Shown here: in pieces, positions 20,604 through 29,107 of the stretch | Position numbering within the stretch: position 1 is the stretch's first letter | Layout of the letters: the number at the start of each line of letters is the position of its first letter | Assembly (NCBI GenBank): GCA_021155905.1 | Contig: JAJNBG010000025.1 | Span: forward strand, 11,664 to 75,663 | From: Bacteroidota bacterium | GTDB lineage: Bacteria > Bacteroidota > Bacteroidia > B-17B0 > Aurantibacillaceae | Direction of reading: 5' to 3' | Length of the DNA stretch: 64,000 nucleotides | Program-made: the position numbers and the translations under genes | The notes under the pieces: model-generated | Told to the model about the DNA's origin: nothing | Database searches by the model: none | Seen by the model: the letters and a program-made list of their open reading frames with translations, nothing else

Positions 20604-20682
20604 CTGATCAACAAAAGTAATTAATAATTTATGAATTAGATACCTAATGCTTTATTATCTTTGAACTAAAACTTACATAATA

Positions 20683-21087
20683 ATGACCAGTAAAGTAACC
20701 TATACAGGGCAATTAAGAACCGAAGCAACGCATCTTCAATCTAATACAACTATCTATACAGACGCTCCCAAGGACAACCACGGAAAAGGAGAAATGTTTT
20801 CTCCAACCGACCTGGTAGCCACAGCTTTAGCAAGTTGTATGATTTCAATTATGGGAATTGTGGCAATGAAAGAAGGAATTACGCCCGTAGACGGAACAAT
20901 AGCTGAAGTCACCAAAATTATGTATTCAGAGCCAAGACGCATTGGTGAAATCCATGTCAAAATTACCTTTCCTAAATTGAATTTCACAGATAAGGAAAAG
21001 AAGATTTATGAAAACGCAGCATTTACCTGCCCGGTAGCAAAAAGCCTGCACCCTGATTTAAAACAGGTTATTGAATTTGTCTGGTAA
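20683..21087 (+). CDS. OsmC-family peroxiredoxin-like protein
   Basis: 134 aa. 'FSPTDLVATALASCM' and 'AAFTCPVAKSL' give the two conserved Cys contexts of OsmC/Ohr. A TATCTTTG -7-like box lies at 20656-20663. Confidence 0.85.
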   Translation: MTSKVTYTGQLRTEATHLQSNTTIYTDAPKDNHGKGEMFSPTDLVATALASCMISIMGIVAMKEGITPVDGTIAEVTKIMYSEPRRIGEIHVKITFPKLNFTDKEKKIYENAAFTCPVAKSLHPDLKQVIEFVW

Positions 21088-21097
21088 AAAAACTAGA

Positions 21098-21448
21098 TCA
21101 GTTATTCGCAGCTTCAAGAATTTCAGAAGCAGATATGCCACTATGCGAATTATGGTAAATACATACCCCGTTTTTAATTAGAAGTACCTGGGGAGAAGCA
21201 TGTTCAACGTCAAACAAAGAAGCTATTTCGTTGGAAATGTCCCGATGGCTTAAAAGATCCAGGTAATAGGCCGGGATCTTTTCCTGATCCTGCCATTTGG
21301 ATTCCAGGCGATTCAAAGCCATAGAACTAATAGAACATCTGGTACTATGCTTAAATAAAAGAACAGTCAGGCCGTTGCCAGATTGTTCAATTGTAGAATT
21401 TTTAATGTCTTTTAGCTGATTTATATCTGAAAGTTTATGCCAGAGCAT
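21098..21448 (-). CDS. ytxJ: YtxJ-type monothiol thioredoxin-fold protein (bacillithiol system)
   Basis: 116 aa. 'LLFKHSTRCSIS' matches the T-C-x-I-S active-site context of YtxJ/DUF2847, and 'ASPQVLLIKNG' is also present. Confidence 0.75.
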   Translation of the reverse strand: MLWHKLSDINQLKDIKNSTIEQSGNGLTVLLFKHSTRCSISSMALNRLESKWQDQEKIPAYYLDLLSHRDISNEIASLFDVEHASPQVLLIKNGVCIYHNSHSGISASEILEAANN

Positions 21449-21458
21449 TTACAGGAAC

Positions 21459-21590
21459 CTAGACAGATTTTTTAGCAGAAGTTGAAGTATTAGCTTTAGA
21501 ATAAGCAGGGCATTTTTCGTGCGATTTGCAAGAAGTTAATGACGCACAAAAAGCGAATAACAAGGCTGAAAGTAAAGCTAATTTTTTCAT
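21459..21590 (-). CDS. small lipoprotein (43 aa)
   Basis: From the internal ATG at 21590 the product is MKKLALLSALLFAFCASLTSCKSHEK.., with a lipobox 'LTSC'. A canonical promoter lies 28 nt upstream (next feature). The longer 78-aa track ORF would run through that promoter. Confidence 0.5.
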   Translation of the reverse strand: MKKLALLSALLFAFCASLTSCKSHEKCPAYSKANTSTSAKKSV

Positions 21591-21617
21591 ATTTTCAATT
21601 TTTAATAATAGGAATAA

Positions 21618-21646
21618 CAAATATATATTAATTTCGCTAAGTACAA
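21618..21646 (-). promoter_or_regulatory. Bacteroidota-type promoter, TTG-N18-TATATTTG
   Basis: On the minus strand, TTG is at 21646-21644 and TATATTTG at 21625-21618. This matches the TTG / TAnnTTTG consensus known for Bacteroides and Flavobacterium promoters. Confidence 0.45.
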
Positions 21647-21700
21647 AAAAAAAGGCCAGCGAAAATCGGTTTTTTTTCTGAAAAACAATTAACAATAGTA

Positions 21701-22399
21701 ATGTTTGATCTGATTTCCGATACTATCTGGCAAACGAAGCTAACAGAGGAGTTTGAGAAGCCCTATTTTAAAGCGCTTGAAGAATTTGTTAAAAAAGAAA
21801 GGTCGGCTTTTACTATTTACCCGAAAGAAAAAGAAACATTTGCCGCTTTAAATCTCACTCCTTTAAAGGAAGTTAAAGTGATCATCATAGGGCAAGATCC
21901 CTACCATGGCCCGCGTCAGGCCCACGGGTTGAGTTTTTCGGTAAATTATGGCATCAAGCCCCCTCCATCCCTGGTGAACATTTTTAAAGAGTTACGGTCA
22001 GATATCGGATGCCCGATGCCAAATCATGGAAATTTATCCGCCTGGGCAAAACAGGGTGTGCTTTTGTTAAATGCCACGCTAACAGTGAGAGCCGGGGAAC
22101 CGGGAAGTCATCAAAAAAAAGGCTGGGAACTTTTTACCGATAAGATCATTCAAACCATTTCTGATGAACAGAAAAACTGTGTATTCCTTTTATGGGGCAA
22201 TTTTGCAAGAACAAAAGCTCCCTTAATCGATTCTGGTAAACATCTAATTCTGGAAGCAGCCCACCCCTCTCCATTGGCAAGAGGCGCTTTCTTTGGGTGC
22301 GGTCATTTTTCTAAAGCAAATTCCTATTTAGAGTCAAAAAAAAGGAAAGCCATCGATTGGAATTTGCCAAATTATGATCTCTTTGAACAAGGGAACTAA
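21701..22399 (+). CDS. ung: uracil-DNA glycosylase (family 1)
   Basis: 232 aa. 'VIIIGQDPYHGPRQAHGLSFSV', 'PPSLVNIF', 'GVLLLNATLTV' and 'HPSPLA'. Confidence 0.95.
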   Translation: MFDLISDTIWQTKLTEEFEKPYFKALEEFVKKERSAFTIYPKEKETFAALNLTPLKEVKVIIIGQDPYHGPRQAHGLSFSVNYGIKPPPSLVNIFKELRSDIGCPMPNHGNLSAWAKQGVLLLNATLTVRAGEPGSHQKKGWELFTDKIIQTISDEQKNCVFLLWGNFARTKAPLIDSGKHLILEAAHPSPLARGAFFGCGHFSKANSYLESKKRKAIDWNLPNYDLFEQGN

Positions 22400-22479
22400 T
22401 TACTGGTAATAAATATCCTGTAGGATTTTTGTATTTATTAAAAATTATATTTATGTTTAAGAATCACTTTGCATAATTA

Positions 22480-23982
22480 ATGGCCATGATTAGTATCCAA
22501 AAACAAGTTCTATTACTATCTGAATTCCACTTTAAGGAATTCTCAGAATACCTGTTAAATACAAATGCGGATCTTCCCCACAAATTAATTACGACCATAC
22601 GTCATTCAAAAAAAAACCATGAATCTGACGAATTGTGCCAATTGATTTATGGTGATTCAGCAGAAAAAACCAAACGTAAGTTTCTTCAGCTAACTCATCA
22701 TACGTTTAAATTAAGTGGTTTTTTAAGCCGGAATTATACCAATTACCTAAAACACAATTTACAGATCATTGAAGAGTTGTTGAGTAAAGGTGAAAAACGA
22801 AAAGCAAATGATATTGCTGAATGGTTATCTGATGTGGCAGAAAAAATTGAAGATTACACAACGTTAATCGAAGTCACTAAATTCTTTGCTCAGCAATGCT
22901 TTATTACAGAATCCAAAGACGCGAATAAATATCATAAAAAAGTAAACGAATACATTGAATGTGAGCAGATTAAAAATTGCATTTATTTATACCTGAGAGA
23001 AAATCTTTTTTTTAAAGGGAAGGAAAATATTTCCAAAACTCAGGCCAATAAGGACCTGGCCTTTTTTAATCAATACATTGAACACGAATCCAATTCCATT
23101 AATATATTAGCCCGTTTCGGAAAATATTATGAACTGAGTTTTTTAAGTCATCCCGATTTTTTTAAGCAGGAAACCCTGAAAGGCCTGGATGAATTGGAAA
23201 GGGACTTTTTAAATAATGCGCATGTCTGCTTTCATTATTTAGATGACATGTATTTTAAAATCCTGGGCCTTCGACTTCAGTTAAACGTTAATAATAACAA
23301 TACGGAATCGATGTTACAGGAAGTAAAGAAAATGAATAACGTTAGCTCCTTCCTGAAATTCTGGGGAAGCTATATCAATATTCCTGAAATCTTCTCTTTT
23401 TCTGTGCAGGCGAGCCACTACATGAGCACCTACGCATTTATATTCCGGGAGGATTACCATAAAACACTACCGGGTGATATTAAAGAAAACATTTTATTCC
23501 TGAAACAAAAACTTGAATCGGAACTGGCAAAAAATTACTGGGACGATGGCGAATATCTGATAAAGCTGATCAACTTAAAATGTTTTTACTCTGCAGTGCT
23601 TTTAACCGGTGACAACGCGGACAAAGCGAAATCCGTTAAAATCCTGGAGGACACTTTAATTTCCTATCAGCAAATACCGTTTCAGAAATTTCTGGATGGC
23701 ATGTTCGTTGCCTTGATTATGGGGTACTTTAGTTTACAACAATATGATAAAGTAATTTCTACCTATAAACGCTATAAGAAAATAACTTCAGAACAGATCG
23801 TTGTAAAAGAAAATGATTTAACCATTGACGCCTATTATTTTACATCCCAGTATTTGACAAATCAACGCAAGCAATACACTGAGAAATTAAAAACCACTTA
23901 TACTGAATCCGCTGATTTTGCTCATATCAAACAATTGATCGCTGAGCTTGGCAGCTATTATAAGATTCCGGTTAGTTTTTAG
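22480..23982 (+). CDS. hypothetical all-helical protein (TPR-like by composition)
   Basis: 500-aa uninterrupted ORF with no signal peptide and no motif I recognise. Confidence 0.6.
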   Translation: MAMISIQKQVLLLSEFHFKEFSEYLLNTNADLPHKLITTIRHSKKNHESDELCQLIYGDSAEKTKRKFLQLTHHTFKLSGFLSRNYTNYLKHNLQIIEELLSKGEKRKANDIAEWLSDVAEKIEDYTTLIEVTKFFAQQCFITESKDANKYHKKVNEYIECEQIKNCIYLYLRENLFFKGKENISKTQANKDLAFFNQYIEHESNSINILARFGKYYELSFLSHPDFFKQETLKGLDELERDFLNNAHVCFHYLDDMYFKILGLRLQLNVNNNNTESMLQEVKKMNNVSSFLKFWGSYINIPEIFSFSVQASHYMSTYAFIFREDYHKTLPGDIKENILFLKQKLESELAKNYWDDGEYLIKLINLKCFYSAVLLTGDNADKAKSVKILEDTLISYQQIPFQKFLDGMFVALIMGYFSLQQYDKVISTYKRYKKITSEQIVVKENDLTIDAYYFTSQYLTNQRKQYTEKLKTTYTESADFAHIKQLIAELGSYYKIPVSF

Positions 23983-23984
23983 GT

Positions 23985-25112
23985 GTGAGCGGGATATATA
24001 TTCATATTCCTTTTTGCAAACAGGCTTGCAACTATTGCGATTTCTATTTTTCTACTTCACTTCAAAACAAAGAATTTTTAGTAAAAAATATTTTATCAGA
24101 GATAGATCAGCGGATCAATTACCTGCCTGACAAACAAATCCACACCATATATTTTGGTGGTGGTACACCAAGCCTGCTCTCTGAAAAAGAAACCTTTCTA
24201 ATTTTAGAAAAAGTCTATAAACTTTATAAAGTTTCCAATGATGCGGAAATTACGTTGGAGTGTAATCCTGATGATCTGAATGAAGAAAAATTAAAAGAAC
24301 TCAAACGGCTGGAAATAAATCGTTTAAGTATTGGTCTGCAAAGTTTCGATGAGGAAGAGTTGAAATGGATGAACAGAGCACATACCGCGCGTGAGAGCGA
24401 GTCCAGTATTAAAAGATCGCAGGACAGAGGTTTTGAAAACATTACAATAGATCTGATCTATGGTTCTAAATTTTCAAATCTGGCAAACTGGAAAAAAACA
24501 CTGGATAAAACCATTGCTCTCAAAGTTCCACACATCTCCAGTTACAATCTTACCATTGAAGATAAAACAAAACTGGGGCATGATTTTAAAGTCAAAAAAG
24601 AAGTGGCCATTGATGATGAAAAAAGTTCAGAGTTATTTCTGGAAATGATTGATCGCCTGGAAAAAAATGATTTTATACATTATGAAATTTCAAATTTCGG
24701 GAAGGAAGGATTCTTCAGCCGTCACAATTCCAATTACTGGAAAGGAGAACATTATCTTGGCCTGGGGCCATCCGCACATTCCTTTGATGGCAAGTCCCGG
24801 CAGTGGAACGTAGCAAATAATAATCTCTACATCAAACAGGTATCAGAAAACAATCAGGCTTTTTTTGAAAAAGAAATCCTGACAGAAAAAGAACGGTTTA
24901 ATGAATACATATTAACCTCCCTCCGGACTATCTGGGGTATTAACCTTGATTACCTGAAAACCAACTTTAATGCTGAGTTCGTAAAAGTTTTCCAGGAACA
25001 AATTGCTGAATATATCAGGCAGGATACAGTTGTCGTGAAAAATAAAACTTATACACTAACCGAAAAAGGAAAATTACTGGCAGATAAAATAGCAAGCGAA
25101 TTGTTTGTGTAG
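23985..25112 (+). CDS. hemW: radical SAM heme chaperone HemW (oxygen-independent coproporphyrinogen oxidase-like)
   Basis: 375 aa with a GTG start. 'IYIHIPFCKQACNYCDFY' (CxxxCxxC), 'IYFGGGTPS' and 'RLSIGLQSF'. Confidence 0.9.
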   Translation: MSGIYIHIPFCKQACNYCDFYFSTSLQNKEFLVKNILSEIDQRINYLPDKQIHTIYFGGGTPSLLSEKETFLILEKVYKLYKVSNDAEITLECNPDDLNEEKLKELKRLEINRLSIGLQSFDEEELKWMNRAHTARESESSIKRSQDRGFENITIDLIYGSKFSNLANWKKTLDKTIALKVPHISSYNLTIEDKTKLGHDFKVKKEVAIDDEKSSELFLEMIDRLEKNDFIHYEISNFGKEGFFSRHNSNYWKGEHYLGLGPSAHSFDGKSRQWNVANNNLYIKQVSENNQAFFEKEILTEKERFNEYILTSLRTIWGINLDYLKTNFNAEFVKVFQEQIAEYIRQDTVVVKNKTYTLTEKGKLLADKIASELFV

Positions 25113-25217
25113 CCATTCTATGCCTGTTGGCGAATCAGCATCTTTGAGGCCTTGAATCCGCCAATTGGCGAACAGGGTGACAAGTCAAAATCAGTTTGAG
25201 CGAAACAGAGAACGAGT

Positions 25218-25703
25218 CTATTCTTCTTTATTGTTCAATACATCAAATACTAAATCCCTTTCATAGCCTTTCGATAAAGCATAACTCATCAACTTATATT
25301 TAAGTTTCACCGGGTTCTTTTCTTTGATTAATTTACGTTTCATGTCAATCAAGCGTTTTAAAGTTTCCATGTAAACGGTCTCGTCTATTTGCTGCAAAGC
25401 CTTCTTTAAACAATAATCACTCACGCGTTTTTGCTTTAATTCCTGTTTGATTTTAATACGTCCCCATTTTTTTATCGAAAATTTTCCACGTGCAAATGAC
25501 ATAGCAAATCGTTCTTCATTCAAAAAATTTTCTTCGATCAGCTTAACAATGATGTTCTCCACCGCCTCCGGCCACAAACCCAGCTCGAATAATTTATCCC
25601 GGGCATCCTGCTGCGACCTCTCCTGATAGGCACACCAGCCCTGCATTTTCATCAGCGCCATGTGAGGATCTGTAATTTTTACCGTAGCTTTCTTTTCAAA
25701 CAC
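25218..25703 (-). CDS. recX: recombination regulator RecX
   Basis: 'ALMKMQGWCAYQERSQQDARDKL' and the repeated helical RecX units. The start is uncertain: GTG 25703 is chosen to keep the conserved N-terminal segment, ATG 25661 is the alternative, and the track ORF starts at TTG 25757. Confidence 0.8.
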   Translation of the reverse strand: MFEKKATVKITDPHMALMKMQGWCAYQERSQQDARDKLFELGLWPEAVENIIVKLIEENFLNEERFAMSFARGKFSIKKWGRIKIKQELKQKRVSDYCLKKALQQIDETVYMETLKRLIDMKRKLIKEKNPVKLKYKLMSYALSKGYERDLVFDVLNNKEE

Positions 25704-25741
25704 AAACAAAAGTAATATTTCTTTATATTTGGTAGGAAAAT

Positions 25742-27100
25742 ATGTTACAACTACCAACCGAATTTATAAACTCCATTTCCTGTTGCCAGGGTTTTGATGA
25801 AGAAGCATTTATCAATGCGCATCAATCCAACTCTCCTACCAGTATCAGGGTAAATCCTTTTAAACAAACACAGCTGGACTTTACGTTAGATAAAGCTGTT
25901 CCCTGGAGCCAGTACGGATTCTATCTTGATGAGCGTCCTAATTTCACACATGATTTGTTATTCCAGGCAGGCTGTTACTATGTGCAGGAGGCCGGATCGA
26001 TGTTCATTGAGCACGCGCTTTCTTCCTGCGTTGATTTTAACGAAACGCTTTTAGCATTCGATGTATGCGCCTCTCCGGGTGGAAAGAGCACATTGCTTGC
26101 GTCGTTATTAAGTAGCAGCAGCGCATTAATCGCGAACGAAGTTGTAAAACAACGCGCGGAAGTTCTTTCTCAAAACATAACGAAATGGGGAACCTGCAAT
26201 GTAGTAGTAACCAATAACGATCCCGGGTCGTATTCTGAGATCAATGACGTTTTTGATGTGATCCTGGTAGACGCGCCCTGCAGTGGTTCCGGGTTATTCA
26301 GAAAACAACATGATGCCATTGATGAATGGAGTCTGAATAACGTCAATCTCTGTAGTCAGCGGCAGAAAAGAATTTTATCGGATATTATTGGTTCCTTAAA
26401 ACAGGGAGGTACATTGCTCTATTCTACCTGCTCATACTCTGCCGCAGAAAATGAAGAAATTGTTGACTGGTTAATTTCTGAATTCGACTTAATTAGTGTT
26501 CAAATACCGATTGACGAAAACTGGGGCGTCGTAGAAACGTCCAGTGATAGACATAGAGCATTCGGTTATAGATTCTACCCGGACAAAACACAGTCGGAAG
26601 GTTTTTTTTGTTCCGTTTTAAAAAAGCCGGGTGCCCTTGATAATCATCACCAGGTAAGAAAATCGAAGTATGAAAATTTTTCAGTTATCAAACCAAAAGA
26701 AAAAGAATGGTTTGTTAATTGGATACATGAGGTAGAACAACACCTCATTACTAAATTTAAAGAAGACTATTTACTGACCAATCAGTTAGTGATTGATTTC
26801 ATTAACAAATATCCGCAACTCTATTATAAAAAAGTTGGGACAACCATTGGAAGTCTTATAAAAAATGAAGTAATCCCTCACCATGATCTGGCGATGAGTG
26901 TCCATCGGTCGAAAAGCATTCAAACAGTCGTTTGTAATCGGGAACAAGGCTTGTATTTTTTAAAGAAAAATTTGTCATCTATTGAAGGTAATAAGGGTTG
27001 GAACTTATTGACGTTTAATGGGTTTGGCCTTGGTTGGATCAAACATTTAGGAAATCGCTTAAATAATTATTTGCCGAATGAATTCAGGATTTTGAAATAA
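25742..27100 (+). CDS. RsmB/RsmF-like (NOL1/NOP2/Sun) rRNA cytosine-C5 methyltransferase
   Basis: 452 aa. SAM site 'DVCASPGGKS', catalytic 'DAPCSGSGLFRK' and 'LLYSTCSYSAAENEE'. Confidence 0.85.
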   Translation: MLQLPTEFINSISCCQGFDEEAFINAHQSNSPTSIRVNPFKQTQLDFTLDKAVPWSQYGFYLDERPNFTHDLLFQAGCYYVQEAGSMFIEHALSSCVDFNETLLAFDVCASPGGKSTLLASLLSSSSALIANEVVKQRAEVLSQNITKWGTCNVVVTNNDPGSYSEINDVFDVILVDAPCSGSGLFRKQHDAIDEWSLNNVNLCSQRQKRILSDIIGSLKQGGTLLYSTCSYSAAENEEIVDWLISEFDLISVQIPIDENWGVVETSSDRHRAFGYRFYPDKTQSEGFFCSVLKKPGALDNHHQVRKSKYENFSVIKPKEKEWFVNWIHEVEQHLITKFKEDYLLTNQLVIDFINKYPQLYYKKVGTTIGSLIKNEVIPHHDLAMSVHRSKSIQTVVCNREQGLYFLKKNLSSIEGNKGWNLLTFNGFGLGWIKHLGNRLNNYLPNEFRILK

Positions 27101-27212
27101 TAATTAAATTAGTAATGTCACTTCGAGCGGAGTCGAGAAGCGTTCCCGATACAGCGCAAAAATACAGCGCTTACTCGAGCTGACAAATGTATATATTATA
27201 AATAAAAGACAT

Positions 27213-27518
27213 ATGTTAGGAAAATTCGGAGACATGATGGGCAAGCTGAAAGAAATGAAGCAAAAAGCCGATGAGATTAAATTAAAATTGGATAACACTA
27301 TCCTGAATGTGGAAGGTGCCGGTGGAGACATAAAAATTTCCATCACCGGAAACAGGGAAATTAAATCACTAAGCATTGCGCCAGGCCTACAACACGGTAA
27401 TACCGAAGAACTGGAAGAACAGCTAACCGTAACACTGAACAAGGCCTTGTTCAAAGCCAATGAGGTTAATGAGAATGAAATGAAGCAGGTGGCCAGCGGC
27501 ATGTTGCCGGGACTGTAA
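27213..27518 (+). CDS. ybaB: YbaB/EbfC nucleoid-associated protein
   Basis: 101 aa. 'GDMMGKLKEMKQKADEIKLKL' and 'GGDIKISITGNREIKSLSI'. Confidence 0.9.
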   Translation: MLGKFGDMMGKLKEMKQKADEIKLKLDNTILNVEGAGGDIKISITGNREIKSLSIAPGLQHGNTEELEEQLTVTLNKALFKANEVNENEMKQVASGMLPGL

Positions 27519-27530
27519 CTGATAAAATAA

Positions 27531-27560
27531 AAAAGGTCCATCTGCGATGAACCTTTTTTA
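27531..27560. terminator. Rho-independent terminator shared by convergent ybaB and phoH-like genes
   Basis: AAAAGGTCCATC (27531-27542) pairs with GATGAACCTTTT (27546-27557) with one mismatch and a 3-nt loop. It is flanked by A- and T-runs. Confidence 0.65.
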
Positions 27561-27580
27561 TTTTTAACTACCAAAACAAA

Positions 27581-28930
27581 CTATAACAAATCATTGGCCA
27601 GGTTTGCCAGTTCACTTCTCTCGCCTTTCTGAAGGGTGATGTGTGCATACAATGGCTGACCTTTCACTTTATCAATTAAGTAACTTAAGCCGTTACTCTG
27701 GGCATCCAGGTAAGGCGTATCAATCTGGTAAATATCTCCTGTGAAAATAATTTTTGTGTTCTCTCCTGCCCTTGTAATAATTGTTTTTACTTCATGCGGA
27801 GTTAAATTCTGCGCTTCGTCCACAATAAAGAACATATTACTTAAACTACGTCCACGGATAAATGCTAAAGGACAAATCACAATTTTTTCATTCTCCAGCA
27901 TTTCGTTAATTGCCTTGAACTCTTTATCTTTTTCAGAAAACTGACTTTTGATGAATTTCAAATTATCCCACAATGGCTCCATGTAAGGATTTAACTTAGA
28001 AGTCACATCTCCCGGCAGGTAGCCAATGTCTTTATTGCTCAAAGGAACAATAGGACGGGCCAGATAAATCTGGTGATAGTTTCGGCGTTGCTCCAGTGCA
28101 CCTGCCAATGACAATAATGTTTTACCTGTTCCTGCAACACCCTGAATACTCACCAAACGAATGTCCGGATTCATGATAGCATCCAGTGCGAACGATTGTT
28201 CTGCATTTTTTGGAATAATTCCATAAGACGATGTCTTGGTAACACGCTTCAGGGATTTGGAAGACTCTTCATAACGCGCAAGCACCGAAGCGTTTCCGTT
28301 TTTTAAAACATAATAATGATTCGAATCCGGAGTTTCTTTTTTAAGCACATCTTTTGCCAGGCAGGATCCTTTTTCATAAATCTGGTTTATCGTCGTTGGA
28401 TTTACTTTATCCAAGATTGTATTGCCAGTATATAATTCATCTACCGCCAATATTTTTCCTGTTGTATAATCTTCTGCATGGAGATTCAAAGATTTAGCTT
28501 TGATACGAAGGTTAATGTCTTTGGTAACCAATACAACTTTTCTATCCGGGTTTGTTTCGGCGGTATACAAAGCCGCATTCAAAATGCGGTGATCCCCTTT
28601 GCGTTCCTGGAAAATTTTCTCCGCATCAATCTGCGAAGAGTTATGCATTTCAATTTTAAACTTACCATGACTTTTTCCATTGATGGATGTCCATTCCTGT
28701 AAAGAATTATCTCCGGACATATTATCAACATAACGCGTGAATTCCCTGGCGGCGAAATTTTTCGTGTCATTTCCTTTTTTAAAATTATCAAGTTCTTCTA
28801 AAACAGTGATTGGAATTACCACATCATGCTCCTTGAAGTTCTTTATTGCGGTGTGATCATAAATAATCACGGAAGTATCCAGAACGAATATCTTTTTTTC
28901 GGTGCTTTTTGAAACTACTTTCTTTGCCAT
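27581..28930 (-). CDS. phoH: PIN-domain plus PhoH-like ATPase (PhoH2 type)
   Basis: 449 aa. N-terminal PIN 'FVLDTSVIIYD', Walker A 'GVAGTGKT' and Walker B 'FFIVDEAQN'. Confidence 0.9.
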   Translation of the reverse strand: MAKKVVSKSTEKKIFVLDTSVIIYDHTAIKNFKEHDVVIPITVLEELDNFKKGNDTKNFAAREFTRYVDNMSGDNSLQEWTSINGKSHGKFKIEMHNSSQIDAEKIFQERKGDHRILNAALYTAETNPDRKVVLVTKDINLRIKAKSLNLHAEDYTTGKILAVDELYTGNTILDKVNPTTINQIYEKGSCLAKDVLKKETPDSNHYYVLKNGNASVLARYEESSKSLKRVTKTSSYGIIPKNAEQSFALDAIMNPDIRLVSIQGVAGTGKTLLSLAGALEQRRNYHQIYLARPIVPLSNKDIGYLPGDVTSKLNPYMEPLWDNLKFIKSQFSEKDKEFKAINEMLENEKIVICPLAFIRGRSLSNMFFIVDEAQNLTPHEVKTIITRAGENTKIIFTGDIYQIDTPYLDAQSNGLSYLIDKVKGQPLYAHITLQKGERSELANLANDLL

Positions 28931-29107
28931 AACCTGAATTTTGATTTAAAGTAAAACTATCAGTTTTGAAGTGTTAAAATGTCAGCTTAACCAATAGAAA
29001 TAAACACCAAGTTGTTTATACCGATTTGTTAAATCTTCCGGATTATTTCTGAAATAAATTCTAAATAATCCCATTTTATTATATTTACTAGATTAAATTA
29101 TTACATA

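Noticed and set aside
5269-20663. TAnnTTTG -7-like boxes upstream of fabI (TATATTTG, 5269-5276) and the OsmC gene (TATCTTTG, 20656-20663).
   Set aside because: No TTG -33 element lies at the expected 17-23-nt distance. An 8-mer with two free positions is common in AT-rich DNA, so these are not listed as promoter features.
25123-25176. Imperfect inverted repeat CCTGTTGGCGAAT / ATTGGCGAACAGG (11 of 13 pairs) between convergent hemW and recX.
   Set aside because: It has two mismatches, a 28-nt loop and no U-tract. It may be a weak bidirectional terminator, but that is not supportable as a call.
27581-28930. The PIN domain of the PhoH-like protein as a possible toxin-antitoxin or defence element.
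   Set aside because: The fused PIN-PhoH (PhoH2) architecture is a widespread housekeeping-type protein. There is no adjacent antitoxin-sized gene or mobile-element context.
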